From positions 57,836-121,835 of the forward strand of contig JBGASN010000004.1 of assembly GCA_044229665.1 (NCBI GenBank): a stretch of DNA of 64,000 bases. Reading direction: 5' to 3'. The position numbers were made by a program, and so were the translations under genes. Below, one piece after another: positions 43,370-53,093 of this stretch. The notes beneath the pieces were generated by a model. It searched no databases. It was not told the DNA's origin and saw only the letters and a list, made by a program, of their open reading frames with translations. The first letter of the stretch is position 1. The number at the start of each line of letters is the position of its first letter. The DNA is from Holophagaceae bacterium. Its GTDB lineage: Bacteria > Acidobacteriota > Holophagae > Holophagales > Holophagaceae.

Positions 43370-43567
43370 ATGGACCGCACCCTGCTGATCTTCCTGGCCC
43401 TGGAGGCTCCGGCCCTCTTCCTCTTCGCCGCGAGCACCCAGCTCCTCTGCCGGAAGCCCCTGGCGGACCGTCTGCCGCGCTTCCTCGCCCTGGCCTTCCC
43501 CACCCTGATCCTGGGGGGCCTGGGCCTGCCCCTCTGGGCCGCATTTCAGATCCTCGGGTCCCGGTAG
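43370..43567 (+). CDS. Small hydrophobic protein (65 aa), hypothetical
   Basis: ATG at 43370 with GGAGG 5 nt upstream. Two predicted TM helices (LLIFLALEAPALFLFAA and LALAFPTLILGGLGLPLWAAF). It precedes the ABC-2 transporter genes. Weak evidence only. Confidence 0.4.
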   Translation: MDRTLLIFLALEAPALFLFAASTQLLCRKPLADRLPRFLALAFPTLILGGLGLPLWAAFQILGSR

Positions 43568-43655
43568 CGCCGTTCGTCCTACCGGAACTGCCCTTCGCCG
43601 GTTTCCCCTTCCCCTGGAGGTCCCGACTCGTTGATCCTGGGACCCCGAGGTGGTC

Positions 43656-44576
43656 ATGAGTGAACTTGCGATCCGCATCCGCGGCCTGCGGAAGCAGTTT
43701 CCCGGCGTGCTGGCGGTGGATGGCCTGGACCTGGAGGTCCGTCGCGGTGAAGTGTTCGGCCTGCTGGGCCCCAATGGCGCCGGCAAGACCACGACCCTGG
43801 AGATCATCGAAGGGCTCCAGACCGCCGATGCGGGCGAGATCGAGGTGCTGGGCCTGCCCTGGAAACACAAGGCCCAGGAGATCCGGGCCCGCATCGGCGT
43901 GCAGCTCCAGAGCACGAGCCTCTTCAACAAGATCACGCCCCGTGAGGCCATCGAGCTCTTCGGGGGCTACTACCCGAAGGCCCGCCCCACCCAGGAACTG
44001 CTGGACCTCGTACAGCTCAACGAGAAGGCCGACGCCTTCCACGTGGGGCTCAGCGGCGGCCAGCAGCAGCGGCTGGCCCTGGCCCTGGCCCTCGTGAATG
44101 ACCCCGAACTGGTCTTCCTGGACGAGCCCACCACCGGCCTCGATCCCCAGGCCCGCCGCGGCCTGTGGGACGTGGTCAAGCGCATGAAGGCGGAGGGCCG
44201 CACCGTGCTGCTCACCACCCACTACATGGACGAGGCGGAAGTGCTCTGCGACCGCATCGCCATCGTGGACCACGGCAAGGTGCTGCAGGTGGGGACGCCC
44301 CGACAGCTCATCGCCGAGCTGGGTCTGCCCAGCGTGGCCGAATTGGCCTTCGACCAGGCTCCGCCGGATCCCGCCTCCTTCGCCGCCGCCATCGGCCGAC
44401 CGGTGGAAGTGGTGGAGGACCGCTGGGACATGCACCTGGAGGATCCCAAGGGCCAGCTGCCCGGGATCCTCGAGGCCGCGGACCGCCTGGGCGTCGCCTA
44501 CGCCCAGCTGCACCTGCGCCGCCCCACCCTCGAAGACGTCTTCCTGCAGCTGACCGGCCGCAGCCTGCGCGATTGA
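43656..44576 (+). CDS. ABC transporter ATP-binding protein (ABC-2/DrrA type)
   Basis: ORF 43650-44576 (GTG); the ATG at 43656 has GAGG 5 nt upstream. Walker A GPNGAGKTT, signature LSGGQQQR, Walker B LVFLDEPTTGLD, H-loop TTHYM. Confidence 0.9.
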   Translation: MSELAIRIRGLRKQFPGVLAVDGLDLEVRRGEVFGLLGPNGAGKTTTLEIIEGLQTADAGEIEVLGLPWKHKAQEIRARIGVQLQSTSLFNKITPREAIELFGGYYPKARPTQELLDLVQLNEKADAFHVGLSGGQQQRLALALALVNDPELVFLDEPTTGLDPQARRGLWDVVKRMKAEGRTVLLTTHYMDEAEVLCDRIAIVDHGKVLQVGTPRQLIAELGLPSVAELAFDQAPPDPASFAAAIGRPVEVVEDRWDMHLEDPKGQLPGILEAADRLGVAYAQLHLRRPTLEDVFLQLTGRSLRD

Positions 44577-44588
44577 ACTTCTCCAGAC

Positions 44589-44686
44589 GCGGAGATCACG
44601 GAGGGGGCGGAGAACACTGAGGAACCTTGACCCGGATTCCCCCGCCACCGCCCTCCGTGATCTCCATCCCCTCCGCGTTCTCCGTG
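44589..44686. repeat. Cluster of four GGAGAWCAC-type motif copies (two direct, two inverted) between the ABC ATPase and permease genes
   Basis: GCGGAGATCACGGAGG (44589-44604) and GCGGAGAACACTGAGG (44607-44622) are followed by CCCTCCGTGATCTCC (44651-44665) and CCTCCGCGTTCTCCGTG (44670-44686). 44591-44605 and 44651-44665 are perfect 15-bp reverse complements. Confidence 0.6.
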
Positions 44687-44704
44687 TCCTTCTTGGAGTA
44701 TCCG

Positions 44705-45766
44705 ATGCACCTGCTGTGGCGCCAGTTCCTCATGGAATGGAAGCTCTACGCCCGCGACAAGGGCGCGATGTTCTGGACCTTCGCCTTTCCTGTGCTCATG
44801 CTCCTGGGCTTCGGCACCATCTTCCGGGATGGCAACGGCCCCAAGGTCACCATCGTGCGCGTCCAGTCGGGGCCCGAATCCACCCGGGATCTGGCGCTGC
44901 GGGAGGCGATCGAGGCCCAGCACGTCACCGTGGAGCGGCTCTCCCCGGAGGCCGCGGAAGCCCGATGGAAGGACGGGAAGGTGGCCGTGATGGTGGAGGG
45001 CGCCGACCAGACCGCCCGGCTCCGGGTGAACGCCTACCTCATGGCCCAGGGCATGCAGGGAGCCAGCCTCGTGCAGCAGGCCAACCTCATCGCGCAGGCC
45101 AAGCTCTCGGGCCAGCCCGAGCCCCAGCGGCTCCCCATGAGCATGGAGAGCCCCGGCAAGGCCAAGGCCACGAACTACGCGGCCTTCCTCCTCCCCGGCC
45201 TCCTCGGCATGAACCTCATGAGCATGGGCCTCTTCGCCGTGGGCATGGTCAACGTGGCATATCGCGAGAAGGGGAAGTTCAAGCGGCTTGGCGTCACCCC
45301 CCTGCCCAAGAGCATCTTCCTGGGGGGTCAGATCCTCCATCGGCTCACCGTGGCGGCGCTCTCGGTCATCTTCGTGCTCATTGCGGGGCGCCTGGCCTTC
45401 GGCCTCGAGAACCAAGGCAGCTACCTCCTCCTGGCCCTCCTGATCTTCCTGGGCACCGCCACCTTCATGGCCATCGGGTTCGCCCTCTCCAGCTTCGCCA
45501 ACACGAGCGAGACCTACGCGGCCATCAGCAACCTGCTCTTCTTCCCGATGATGTTCCTCGGGGGGGTCTACTTCAGCCTCGATGGGGCCCCGAAGTGGCT
45601 GCAGGACAGCGTGCAGCTGATGCCGCTCGGGCCCTACCTCAAGGCGCTGAGGGCCGTCTTCAACGATGGCGCGGGTCTGCAGGGCCATGGGTGGGGCCTC
45701 ACCGTCGTGGGGGTCTGGGCCCTGGGAGCCTTCCTCATCGCCGTGAAGCGCTTCCGCTTCGCCTGA
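44705..45766 (+). CDS. ABC-2 type transporter permease
   Basis: ORF 44627-45766 (TTG). ATG at 44705 preferred (MHLLWRQFLMEWKLYARDKGAMFWTFAFPVLM). Six hydrophobic helices with a large loop after TM1, typical of ABC-2 permeases. Confidence 0.8.
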   Translation: MHLLWRQFLMEWKLYARDKGAMFWTFAFPVLMLLGFGTIFRDGNGPKVTIVRVQSGPESTRDLALREAIEAQHVTVERLSPEAAEARWKDGKVAVMVEGADQTARLRVNAYLMAQGMQGASLVQQANLIAQAKLSGQPEPQRLPMSMESPGKAKATNYAAFLLPGLLGMNLMSMGLFAVGMVNVAYREKGKFKRLGVTPLPKSIFLGGQILHRLTVAALSVIFVLIAGRLAFGLENQGSYLLLALLIFLGTATFMAIGFALSSFANTSETYAAISNLLFFPMMFLGGVYFSLDGAPKWLQDSVQLMPLGPYLKALRAVFNDGAGLQGHGWGLTVVGVWALGAFLIAVKRFRFA

Positions 45767-45768
45767 CC

Positions 45769-46608
45769 TCAGAGCTGGTAGGAGAAGCCGATCACCGTCC
45801 CCTGGCTGCGCGGGCGCACCACCAGGGGACTCCGACGGGCATCCCCCTGCACTTCCTGCTGGAGGAAGGTGATCCCCAGCCGCCAGTGGTCCGTGAGGGC
45901 ATAGCCGAACGCCACGCTGCTCTGCAGCAGCGCCCACCCTCCCGCGGACTGAAACGGGCGGTCCTCACCCGGCTGGAGCCTGGGATCCCCGGCGAGGACG
46001 AGTGCCTGGCGCCGAGCCGCTTGCTCCGCATTGATCCCGTACTCGTAATTCATCTGATCCCGCTCGAAGGCGCTCCCCGCCACCCGGGCCTCCACGAACC
46101 ACCGCCTTCCCAGGGGCAGGGTCAACGAGGCCCGCAGGACCCCGCCGCCGCCGACCTCGGCGCGAAACCCGTGCCGCAGGCCCGCCACGAACTCCAGCGG
46201 ACCTGACCGCCAAGCGACGCCCGCCGTGGCGAAGGCCGTGGCGGGTCGCCCGCCCATCCCCGCCAGACTGTCCGCCATGGCCTCGGGTCTGGACTCGACG
46301 CCCTCCACGCCCAGGTTCGCCTTCCACCCATCCGTCCGGAACACGGTGTAGGCGACTCCACCCCCCACCCCGAAGCGGCTTGCGCCGAAGCTGACCCTTC
46401 CCCGCCATTCACCATTGAAGATGGGGAAGGGCTGGGACCGCATCGCTCGGCTGCCCGGGTAGGCCGGAAGCGTGAGCACCATCAGGCCGCTCTGGAGGGT
46501 CAGCTCCGGCAGGGCGGAAGGCTTCAGCCAGAGGCTCTCCGGAGTCTGGGACAACAGGCAGGGAGCCATCAGGGCCCATGCTGCGCCGCTCACCCTCCCG
46601 ACCCTCAT
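45769..46608 (-). CDS. MipA/OmpV-family outer-membrane protein
   Basis: ORF 45769-46830; ATG at 46608 (MRVGRVSGAAWALMAPCLLSQ), alternative at 46626. PAYPGS...PFPIF motif, alternating beta-strand pattern, C-terminal ...GFSYQL. Confidence 0.65.
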   Translation of the reverse strand: MRVGRVSGAAWALMAPCLLSQTPESLWLKPSALPELTLQSGLMVLTLPAYPGSRAMRSQPFPIFNGEWRGRVSFGASRFGVGGGVAYTVFRTDGWKANLGVEGVESRPEAMADSLAGMGGRPATAFATAGVAWRSGPLEFVAGLRHGFRAEVGGGGVLRASLTLPLGRRWFVEARVAGSAFERDQMNYEYGINAEQAARRQALVLAGDPRLQPGEDRPFQSAGGWALLQSSVAFGYALTDHWRLGITFLQQEVQGDARRSPLVVRPRSQGTVIGFSYQL

Positions 46609-46753
46609 TCGCCCCCCAAAGATCATTCGGCCGCCGGCAGCCCCTCCCGGAGTTCGACGTCCAGCAGGGCAGCCCCGACTCCCCCATCCTACCTGGAGGA
46701 AAGATGGGGGCGAAGTCCGTTCCTTCGGGCCCCGGGGCCCGTATCCTGGAACC

Positions 46754-48010
46754 ATGTCCGACCCGAAAAAAGCCCGCCTGGCCATCTTCCTCACCGTGTT
46801 CGTGGACCTGCTGGGGTTCGGCATCGTCATCCCCCTCCTGCCCCTCTACGCCCACCATGTGGCGGAGAACCCCAGTGGGTGGATGGCCAGTGTGAACACC
46901 GCGTTCGGGCTGAAGGATCCTGGCGCCTTCTGGGCGGGGGTGGCCTTCGTGAGCTTCTCGGTGATGCAGTTCATCGCCTCCCCCCTGCTCGGCCGCCTCA
47001 GCGACGTGGTGGGCCGCCGGCCGGTGCTCTGGATGAGCCTCCTGGGCAGCGCCCTGGGCTATCTGATGCTGGGGCTCACCATGCGCTACGAATGGGTGCT
47101 GCTGGCCCGGGTTCTGGATGGCATCACCGGCGGCAACATCGCCGTGGCCCAGGCGGCCATGGCCGACAGCTCCGCCCCCGAGGAGCGCAGCAAGGCCCTC
47201 GGCATGATCGGTGCCGCCTTCGGCCTGGGCTTCGTGCTGGGACCTGCGCTCGCAGGCATCCTCAGCGGCAGCCACTGGGGGATGTCCCTGGCCGGGCGCC
47301 ACATCCAGCTGCCCTTCCTGGTGGCCGCGGCCCTCAGCTTCATCGCCTCCCTCCTCGTCATCGCCTGGCTGCCGGAAACCCTCACGCCCGAAGCCCGGGC
47401 CCGGGCCCGCCAGCAAGAGAGCCGCGGCCACGCCCTCCAGCGGGCCTTCTCCCGCCCCGGCATGCCCGCCCTCCTGCTCATCGCCCTCCTGGCCATGAGC
47501 GGCTTCGCCATGATGGAGGGCACCTTCAGCCTCATGGCCCACGCCCGCTTCGACTTCGGCCCCAAGCAGGTGGGCTGGCTCTTCGCCTTCGTCGGCGTCT
47601 CCATCGTGATCTACCAGGGCGGGCTGGTCCGAATCGTCGCAAAGCGCATCCCCGAGCGCATCGCCATGGGCCTGGGCCTGGCCGCCATGGCGCTCTCGCT
47701 CTACGCCCTGCCCCGGGCGCCCTGGGCGGCCCCCTTCCTCCTCCTTCTGGTGCCCATGTCCTGGGGCAGCGGCATGAACGGCACCGCCACCCTGGCCCTG
47801 GCCAGCCAGCTCACGCCCCCGGAGGAGCAGGGCGGCGTCTTCGGGGTGATGAACGCGATGCAGGGCCTGGGCCGCATCATCGGTCCCTTCGTGGGCACCC
47901 TGGTGTTCGCCAAGTGGGGCTACCTGGCGCCCTACTCCGTGGCCGCCGGGTGCGCCCTGCTGGCCCTGGTGCTGGCCATGGGTCCCATGGGCAAGCGGGC
48001 CACCGCCTGA
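46754..48010 (+). CDS. MFS transporter (Tet/TCR-like efflux family)
   Basis: ORF 46472-48010, ATG at 46754. FLTVFVDLLGFGIVIPLLP, motif A GRLSDVVGRRPVL, and 12 hydrophobic segments. Confidence 0.85.
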   Translation: MSDPKKARLAIFLTVFVDLLGFGIVIPLLPLYAHHVAENPSGWMASVNTAFGLKDPGAFWAGVAFVSFSVMQFIASPLLGRLSDVVGRRPVLWMSLLGSALGYLMLGLTMRYEWVLLARVLDGITGGNIAVAQAAMADSSAPEERSKALGMIGAAFGLGFVLGPALAGILSGSHWGMSLAGRHIQLPFLVAAALSFIASLLVIAWLPETLTPEARARARQQESRGHALQRAFSRPGMPALLLIALLAMSGFAMMEGTFSLMAHARFDFGPKQVGWLFAFVGVSIVIYQGGLVRIVAKRIPERIAMGLGLAAMALSLYALPRAPWAAPFLLLLVPMSWGSGMNGTATLALASQLTPPEEQGGVFGVMNAMQGLGRIIGPFVGTLVFAKWGYLAPYSVAAGCALLALVLAMGPMGKRATA

Positions 48011-48033
48011 GTCGAGGATCGGCTGCCCATGCG

Positions 48034-48060
48034 AAGGCCCCGGTTGACTCCCGGGGCCTT
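48034..48060. terminator. Hairpin between convergent genes (candidate bidirectional terminator)
   Basis: Perfect 10-bp stem AAGGCCCCGG / CCGGGGCCTT with a 7-nt loop, followed by GCCTTTCCC. It lies in the 73-nt gap between the MFS and purF stops. Confidence 0.65.
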
Positions 48061-48083
48061 GCCTTTCCCGAGCGGGGATGGGA

Positions 48084-49529
48084 TCAGGGGGCTTCGGTGG
48101 CCGCCCACACGGTGGGCACATTGGTCTTGGACCCGAAGCCCTCCGGGGGATAGATGTAGTCCAGGTCGAAGCAGGCGGTGCAGAACTCCGCGCGCCGGCC
48201 GGGGAGCAGGCCCTCGAAGTCGGAGACCTCCAGCCACTCGAGGCTGTCCGCCCCCAGGTAGGTGCGGATCTCCCCGCCGGACATGCGATTGGCGATGAGC
48301 TCCTCCTTGGTGGGCGTGTCGATGCCGTAGTAGCAGGGGCCGATCACCTTGGGGGAGCCGATGCGCACGTGGATCTCCTTGGCGCCGGCGCCGCGCACCA
48401 TGGACACGAGCTTCTTCAAGCTCGTGCCCCGCACGATGGAGTCGTCGATGAGCACCACCCGCTTGCCGGGGAAGAAGTCCGGCAGGGGGTTGAACTTCTG
48501 CTTCACGCCCTCGTCGCGGCTGGCCTGGGTGGGCTTGATGAAGGTTCGGCCCACGTAGTGGTTGCGCAGCAGCCCCATGCCGAACTCCGCCTTCTTCGCC
48601 TTGGCGTAGCCCAGGGCGATGAAGTTGGAGCTGTCGGGCACGGGCATGACCACGAGGTCGTCGCCATTGGGAAGGTGATCGTCCTTGGCCGCCAGACAGG
48701 CGCCGATGCGCTCGCGGGTCTGGTAGACGGTCTCGCCGAACTCCCGGCTGTCGGGACGGGAGAAATAGATGAGCTCAAAGACACAGTGCTTGGGGGCCAG
48801 GGGGGCGTGGCTCACGGAGACCACGGGCTTCCCCGGGGCCAGGCGGATGATCTCGCCGGGCTTCACCTCACGCAGGAGCTTGGCGCCGATGATGCCGAAG
48901 CCGCAGGACTCGGAGGAGAACACGGTGCCTTCGCTCAGGGGCTCGCCCTCGCCGGGGTTCACGTGGCCCATGACCAGGGGCCGGAAGCCGTGGGGATCGC
49001 GGAAGGCGTAGAGCAGGTCCCGGTACATGACCACGGTGGAGAAGGCGCCCTTCAACTCCCGCTGCGCATGGGCGATGGCCTCCTCCATGCTGCGGCCGTC
49101 CCGCACGTGGGTGAGGGCGATGAGCCGCCCGATGAGCTCCGCGTCGTTGTCGCTCTTGAAGACCACGCCCTCGGCCTCGAGGCGGGCCCTGAGCTCGCCG
49201 TAGTTGATGAGGTCGCCGTTGGAGGCGATGGCCATGATGGGCCCGTGGTCCAGCTCGATGAGGTGGGGCTGGGAGTTCAGCTCGTCACTGCAGCCGGCGG
49301 TGGGGTAGCGCACGTGGCCGATGCTGGTGGTGCCCGCCAGGCGCGCCTGCACGTCCTCATTCAGCACCTGCTTCACGAGCCCCATCCCCTTGTGGCCCAC
49401 CATGCGGCCCTTGGGGTCCCGGGCCACGGCGCCGCAGCTCTCCTGGCCGCGGTGCTGGATGGCGAACAGGATCGAGGCGATGTGGCTCGAGGCCCCTTCG
49501 ATCCCAAAGACTCCGGCAACGCCGCACAT
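48084..49529 (-). CDS. purF: Amidophosphoribosyltransferase
   Basis: N-terminal MCGVAGVFG (Ntn Cys), HRGQES.G, and the PRTase motif RVVLIDDSIVRGTS. The length and order of motifs are typical of PurF. Confidence 0.93.
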   Translation of the reverse strand: MCGVAGVFGIEGASSHIASILFAIQHRGQESCGAVARDPKGRMVGHKGMGLVKQVLNEDVQARLAGTTSIGHVRYPTAGCSDELNSQPHLIELDHGPIMAIASNGDLINYGELRARLEAEGVVFKSDNDAELIGRLIALTHVRDGRSMEEAIAHAQRELKGAFSTVVMYRDLLYAFRDPHGFRPLVMGHVNPGEGEPLSEGTVFSSESCGFGIIGAKLLREVKPGEIIRLAPGKPVVSVSHAPLAPKHCVFELIYFSRPDSREFGETVYQTRERIGACLAAKDDHLPNGDDLVVMPVPDSSNFIALGYAKAKKAEFGMGLLRNHYVGRTFIKPTQASRDEGVKQKFNPLPDFFPGKRVVLIDDSIVRGTSLKKLVSMVRGAGAKEIHVRIGSPKVIGPCYYGIDTPTKEELIANRMSGGEIRTYLGADSLEWLEVSDFEGLLPGRRAEFCTACFDLDYIYPPEGFGSKTNVPTVWAATEAP

Positions 49530-49607
49530 GCTGGCCTCCTGAAGACACGCCGATCGGCACCCAAGGGTACCATCCGACCGCAGGTCGGTCCCGCCCTGAA
49601 ATCGTCC

Positions 49608-50351
49608 TCAGCCCGCCGTGGGCTGGGCGCCGGCCTTGAAGCGGGTGCCCAGGCGGTAGCGGCTCCCGGGGTGGATGCAGCGGACCCAGGTCACGGGGCG
49701 GTTCCGGCTCCAGGTGCGGCGGGTGAGCACCAGGCAGGGCTCCCCCACGGCCATGTCGAGGTGGGCAGCCTCCTCGGAGCTCGCGGGCACGGCGTCCACC
49801 ACGTGCTCCACCTCGTCGAGGGGCACGGCCCGCAGCAGCTGTTCCCCCGGGGGGGCCAGCCGGAAGTCCCAGGCCAGGAAGTCCGGCACCACGGAAGGGC
49901 TCACCCAGCGATCCTCCAGCTGCATGGGCACCCCCTCTTCCAGGTGCACGCAGACGACGTGGAACACGGAGTCCCCGGGCTGCAGGTCCAACTGGGCCGC
50001 CAGCTCGACGGTGGCGGATTCACGGGTGGCCGTCAGCAGGCGGAACTCATAGCGGTGCCCCCGGGCCCGAACTTCGTCGGCCAGGTTCGCCACCTGGTTG
50101 AGGCCGCTCTGGACCTTGGGTTCGGCGACGAAGGTGCCCACCCCGGCGACCCGCGAGAGGAGCCCCTCTTCCGCAAGTTCCCGGAGGGCCCGGTGCACGG
50201 TCATGCGGGACACCTTCAGGGTGGCCACCAGCTCATGCTCCGAGGGGATCCGGTCGCCCACGGCCCACGCGCCTTCATGGATGCGCCCCCGGATGTGGTC
50301 CTTCACCGCGAGGTAGAGAGCGGAGCCCGGCTTCAAGGGGGAGGGGCTCAT
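49608..50351 (-). CDS. hutC: Histidine utilisation repressor (GntR/HutC family)
   Basis: ORF 49608-50933; the ATG at 50351 overlaps the hutG stop (ATGA). HTH PSEHELVATLKVSRMTVHRALRELAEEGLL plus a UTRA effector domain. Sits in the hut gene context. Confidence 0.85.
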   Translation of the reverse strand: MSPSPLKPGSALYLAVKDHIRGRIHEGAWAVGDRIPSEHELVATLKVSRMTVHRALRELAEEGLLSRVAGVGTFVAEPKVQSGLNQVANLADEVRARGHRYEFRLLTATRESATVELAAQLDLQPGDSVFHVVCVHLEEGVPMQLEDRWVSPSVVPDFLAWDFRLAPPGEQLLRAVPLDEVEHVVDAVPASSEEAAHLDMAVGEPCLVLTRRTWSRNRPVTWVRCIHPGSRYRLGTRFKAGAQPTAG

Positions 50352-51319
50352 GGCAGCGGCTCCGGGGCGGTGCGCTCCGCGATGCGGCCCAGGAGGCGCG
50401 CGCCCACCTTCGCGGTGCGGCCATCCTCGTCCAACAGCGGGTTCAGCTCCGCCACGTCGGCCATCCGCACCTTCCCCGAGGCGCAGGCCGCGTCGATGAT
50501 CCGCTCCAGCACCTCCAGGGCCACACCCCGGGCCGCCGGTGCACTCACGCCGGGGGCAGCCGCCGCGGGCAGCACGTCCAGACAGCACGTGAGGTACACG
50601 TGGTCCACGGTGGCCAGGAAGGCCTCCACCTCCGCCAAGGCGGCGGGCAGGTCGTGGCCGGTCATCTCCTCGTCCAGGCGGAAGCGCACCCCCCAGGTGC
50701 GGGCCCGCTCGAAGAGGGCCTCGGTGTTGGCGAAGGGGCTGATGCCCAGCACACAGTAGTGGAAGCCCCAGCCCCGACGGAAGCAGTCTTCGGCGATCTG
50801 GCGGAAGGGCGTGCCGGAGGTGGCTTCCTCGGCGACCCGCAGGTCGAAGTGGGCGTCGAGGTTCAGGATCCCGATGCGGGGCTTCAGCTCCCGGGCCGCC
50901 AGGTGCTCCGCCAACCCCTGGAAGGCCCCCCACGCGATCTCATGCCCCCCGCCCAGGCCCAGGGGGAGCAGCCCCAGGTCCAGCACGTGGGCGATGCGAC
51001 GCCCGTAGGCTTCCTGGGCGCCTTCAAGGTCGCCCCCTTCGAGGCAGATCGTCCCGGCATCGAAGAGATCCCGGCAGCGGCGCACGGGCAGGTTGGAGAG
51101 GGCGCGGCGGAGGGCCTCCGGGGCCTGGGCGGCGCCGGGGCGGCCCTGGTTCCGTCGCACGCCCTCGTCGCAGGCGAAGCCCACGATGGCGGCGCCTCGG
51201 GCCGGGGCCGTGGGCAGGGCGTGCACCACCTGGTGCCAGCGGAGGGCCAGTTCCCCCTCCGCCGCATCCACGCGGCCCTCCCAGGCCTCCAGCCCCGTGT
51301 CCAGCCGGATCGGAGCCAT
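50348..51319 (-). CDS. hutG: Formimidoylglutamase (arginase superfamily)
   Basis: W.GR.D...RWHQVV N-terminus. Mn-ligand motifs GGGHEIAWG, LNLDAHFDLR, DVLPAAAAPGVS. The start shares one base with the hutU stop. Confidence 0.8.
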   Translation of the reverse strand: MAPIRLDTGLEAWEGRVDAAEGELALRWHQVVHALPTAPARGAAIVGFACDEGVRRNQGRPGAAQAPEALRRALSNLPVRRCRDLFDAGTICLEGGDLEGAQEAYGRRIAHVLDLGLLPLGLGGGHEIAWGAFQGLAEHLAARELKPRIGILNLDAHFDLRVAEEATSGTPFRQIAEDCFRRGWGFHYCVLGISPFANTEALFERARTWGVRFRLDEEMTGHDLPAALAEVEAFLATVDHVYLTCCLDVLPAAAAPGVSAPAARGVALEVLERIIDAACASGKVRMADVAELNPLLDEDGRTAKVGARLLGRIAERTAPEPLP

Positions 51320-53013
51320 CAGGGCAGCATGGGCAGCTTGAGGCCCTTGGCCTTGGCGGTGGCCCGGGCCAGCTCGTAGCCCGCATCGGCGTGGCGCATG
51401 ACGCCGGTGCCGCAGTCGTTCCAGAGCACGCGCTCGAGGCGCTTGGCCGCGGCCTCCGTACCATCGGCCACGATGACCACGCCGCTGTGCTGGCTGTAGC
51501 CCATGCCCACGCCACCGCCGTGGTGGAGGCTCACCCAGGTGGCGCCACCGGCGGTGTTGAGCAGGGCGTTGAGCAGCGGCCAGTCGGACACGGCGTCGGT
51601 GCCATCCATCATGCCCTCCGTCTCGCGGTTGGGGCTGGCCACGGAGCCCGTGTCCAGGTGGTCGCGGCCGATGACGATGGGGGCCTTCAGCTCGCCGTTC
51701 TTGACCATGTCATTGAAGGCGAGACCCGCGAGGTGGCGCTCTCCCAGGCCCAGCCAGCAGATGCGGGCGGGCAGGCCCTGGAAGGCGATGCGCTCACCGG
51801 CCATGTCGAGCCAGCGGTGCACGTGCTTGTTCTCGGGGAAGAGCTCCTTGATCTTGGCGTCGGTCTTCCGGATGTCCTCGGGATCACCGGAGAGGGCCAC
51901 CCAGCGGAAGGGGCCCTTGCCCTCGCAGAAGAGCGGGCGGATGTAGGCGGGCACGAAGCCGGGGAAGTCGAAGGCGTTGGCCACGCCATTGTCCTTGGCC
52001 ACCTGGCGGATGTTGTTGCCGTAGTCCACCGTGGGCACGCCCATGGCGTGGAAGTCGAGCATGGCCTGCACGTGCACGGCGCAGCTCCGCCCGGCGGCGG
52101 CCTTGAGCTCCGCGTGCTTCGTCTCGTCCAGCTGGGCGGCCTTCCACTGGTCCACGGTCCAGCCCAGCGGCAGGTAGCCGTTCACCAGGTCGTGGGCGCT
52201 GGTCTGGTCGGTGACGATGTCGGGGCGCAGCCCGCCCTGCTTCGCCCGCTTCACCAGCTCGGGCAGGATCTCGGCGGCGTTGCCCAGGAGGGCGATGGAG
52301 ATGGCCTCCTTGGCGGCGGTGTGCTGCTTCACCAGCTCCAGGGCGTGGTCCAGGTCCCGGGCCTGCTTGTCGACGTACCTGGTGCGCAGGCGGAAGTCGA
52401 TGGAGCTCTGCTGGCACTCGATGTTCAGGCTCACGGCGCCGGCGAAGGTGGCCGCCAGGGGCTGGGCCCCGCCCATGCCGCCCAGGCCCGCGGTGAGGAT
52501 CCACCGGCCCGCCAGGTCGCCGCCGTAGTGCTTGCGGCCCGCTTCGGCGAAGGTCTCGTAGGTGCCCTGCACGATGCCCTGGGTGCCGATGTAGATCCAG
52601 CTGCCCGCCGTCATCTGGCCGTACATGAAGAGGCCCTTCCGATCGAGCTCGTGGAAGTGCTCCCAGGTGGCCCACTTGGGCACGAGGTTGGAGTTGGCGA
52701 GCAGGACGCGGGGGCTGTCCGGCGTGCTCTTCCAGATCCCCACGGGCTTGCCGGACTGGATGAGCAGGGTCTCGTCGTCGTTCAGCTCGCGCAGCGAGGC
52801 GAGGATCTGGTCAAAGCAGGCCCAATCGCGGGCGGCGCGGCCGATGCCGCCGTAGACCACGAGGCTCTTGGGGTTCTCGGCGACCTCGGGGTCCAGGTTG
52901 TTCTGGATCATCCGGTAGGCGGCCTCCGTGAGCCAGCTCTTGCAGGTGCGCTCGGTGCCCCGGGGGGCGCGGATCACGCGGGTCTCATCTCGGCGGGGAT
53001 CGGTCAGGGCCAT
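51319..53013 (-). CDS. hutU: Urocanate hydratase
   Basis: ORF 51319-53034. Colinear from memory with Pseudomonas HutU (IRAPRG...[32 protein letters not shown]......). The ATG at 53013 (MALTD) has GGAGG 5 nt upstream; 53034 and 53025 are alternative starts. Confidence 0.93.
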   Translation of the reverse strand: MALTDPRRDETRVIRAPRGTERTCKSWLTEAAYRMIQNNLDPEVAENPKSLVVYGGIGRAARDWACFDQILASLRELNDDETLLIQSGKPVGIWKSTPDSPRVLLANSNLVPKWATWEHFHELDRKGLFMYGQMTAGSWIYIGTQGIVQGTYETFAEAGRKHYGGDLAGRWILTAGLGGMGGAQPLAATFAGAVSLNIECQQSSIDFRLRTRYVDKQARDLDHALELVKQHTAAKEAISIALLGNAAEILPELVKRAKQGGLRPDIVTDQTSAHDLVNGYLPLGWTVDQWKAAQLDETKHAELKAAAGRSCAVHVQAMLDFHAMGVPTVDYGNNIRQVAKDNGVANAFDFPGFVPAYIRPLFCEGKGPFRWVALSGDPEDIRKTDAKIKELFPENKHVHRWLDMAGERIAFQGLPARICWLGLGERHLAGLAFNDMVKNGELKAPIVIGRDHLDTGSVASPNRETEGMMDGTDAVSDWPLLNALLNTAGGATWVSLHHGGGVGMGYSQHSGVVIVADGTEAAAKRLERVLWNDCGTGVMRHADAGYELARATAKAKGLKLPMLP

Positions 53014-53035
53014 GGGGGCCTCCATGCTGCTCATA

Positions 53036-53047
53036 CCTGTCTATACA
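53036..53047. promoter_or_regulatory. Candidate HutC operator in the hutU/hutH divergent region
   Basis: CTGTCTATACAA contains GTCTATAC. This fits the HutC-subfamily core GT-M-TA-K-AC and is 9/12 self-complementary. It is located in the 80-nt region between hutU (start 53013) and hutH (start 53094). Confidence 0.5.
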
Positions 53048-53093
53048 ACTTCCGACCTTTGTGCAACCCTGAAGGTCCTTTCGCAGGTGCTCC

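Noticed and set aside
48078-50759. 893-aa ORF on the plus strand
   Set aside because: It is antisense to purF, hutC and hutG. It has no recognisable motifs and a shadow-ORF composition.
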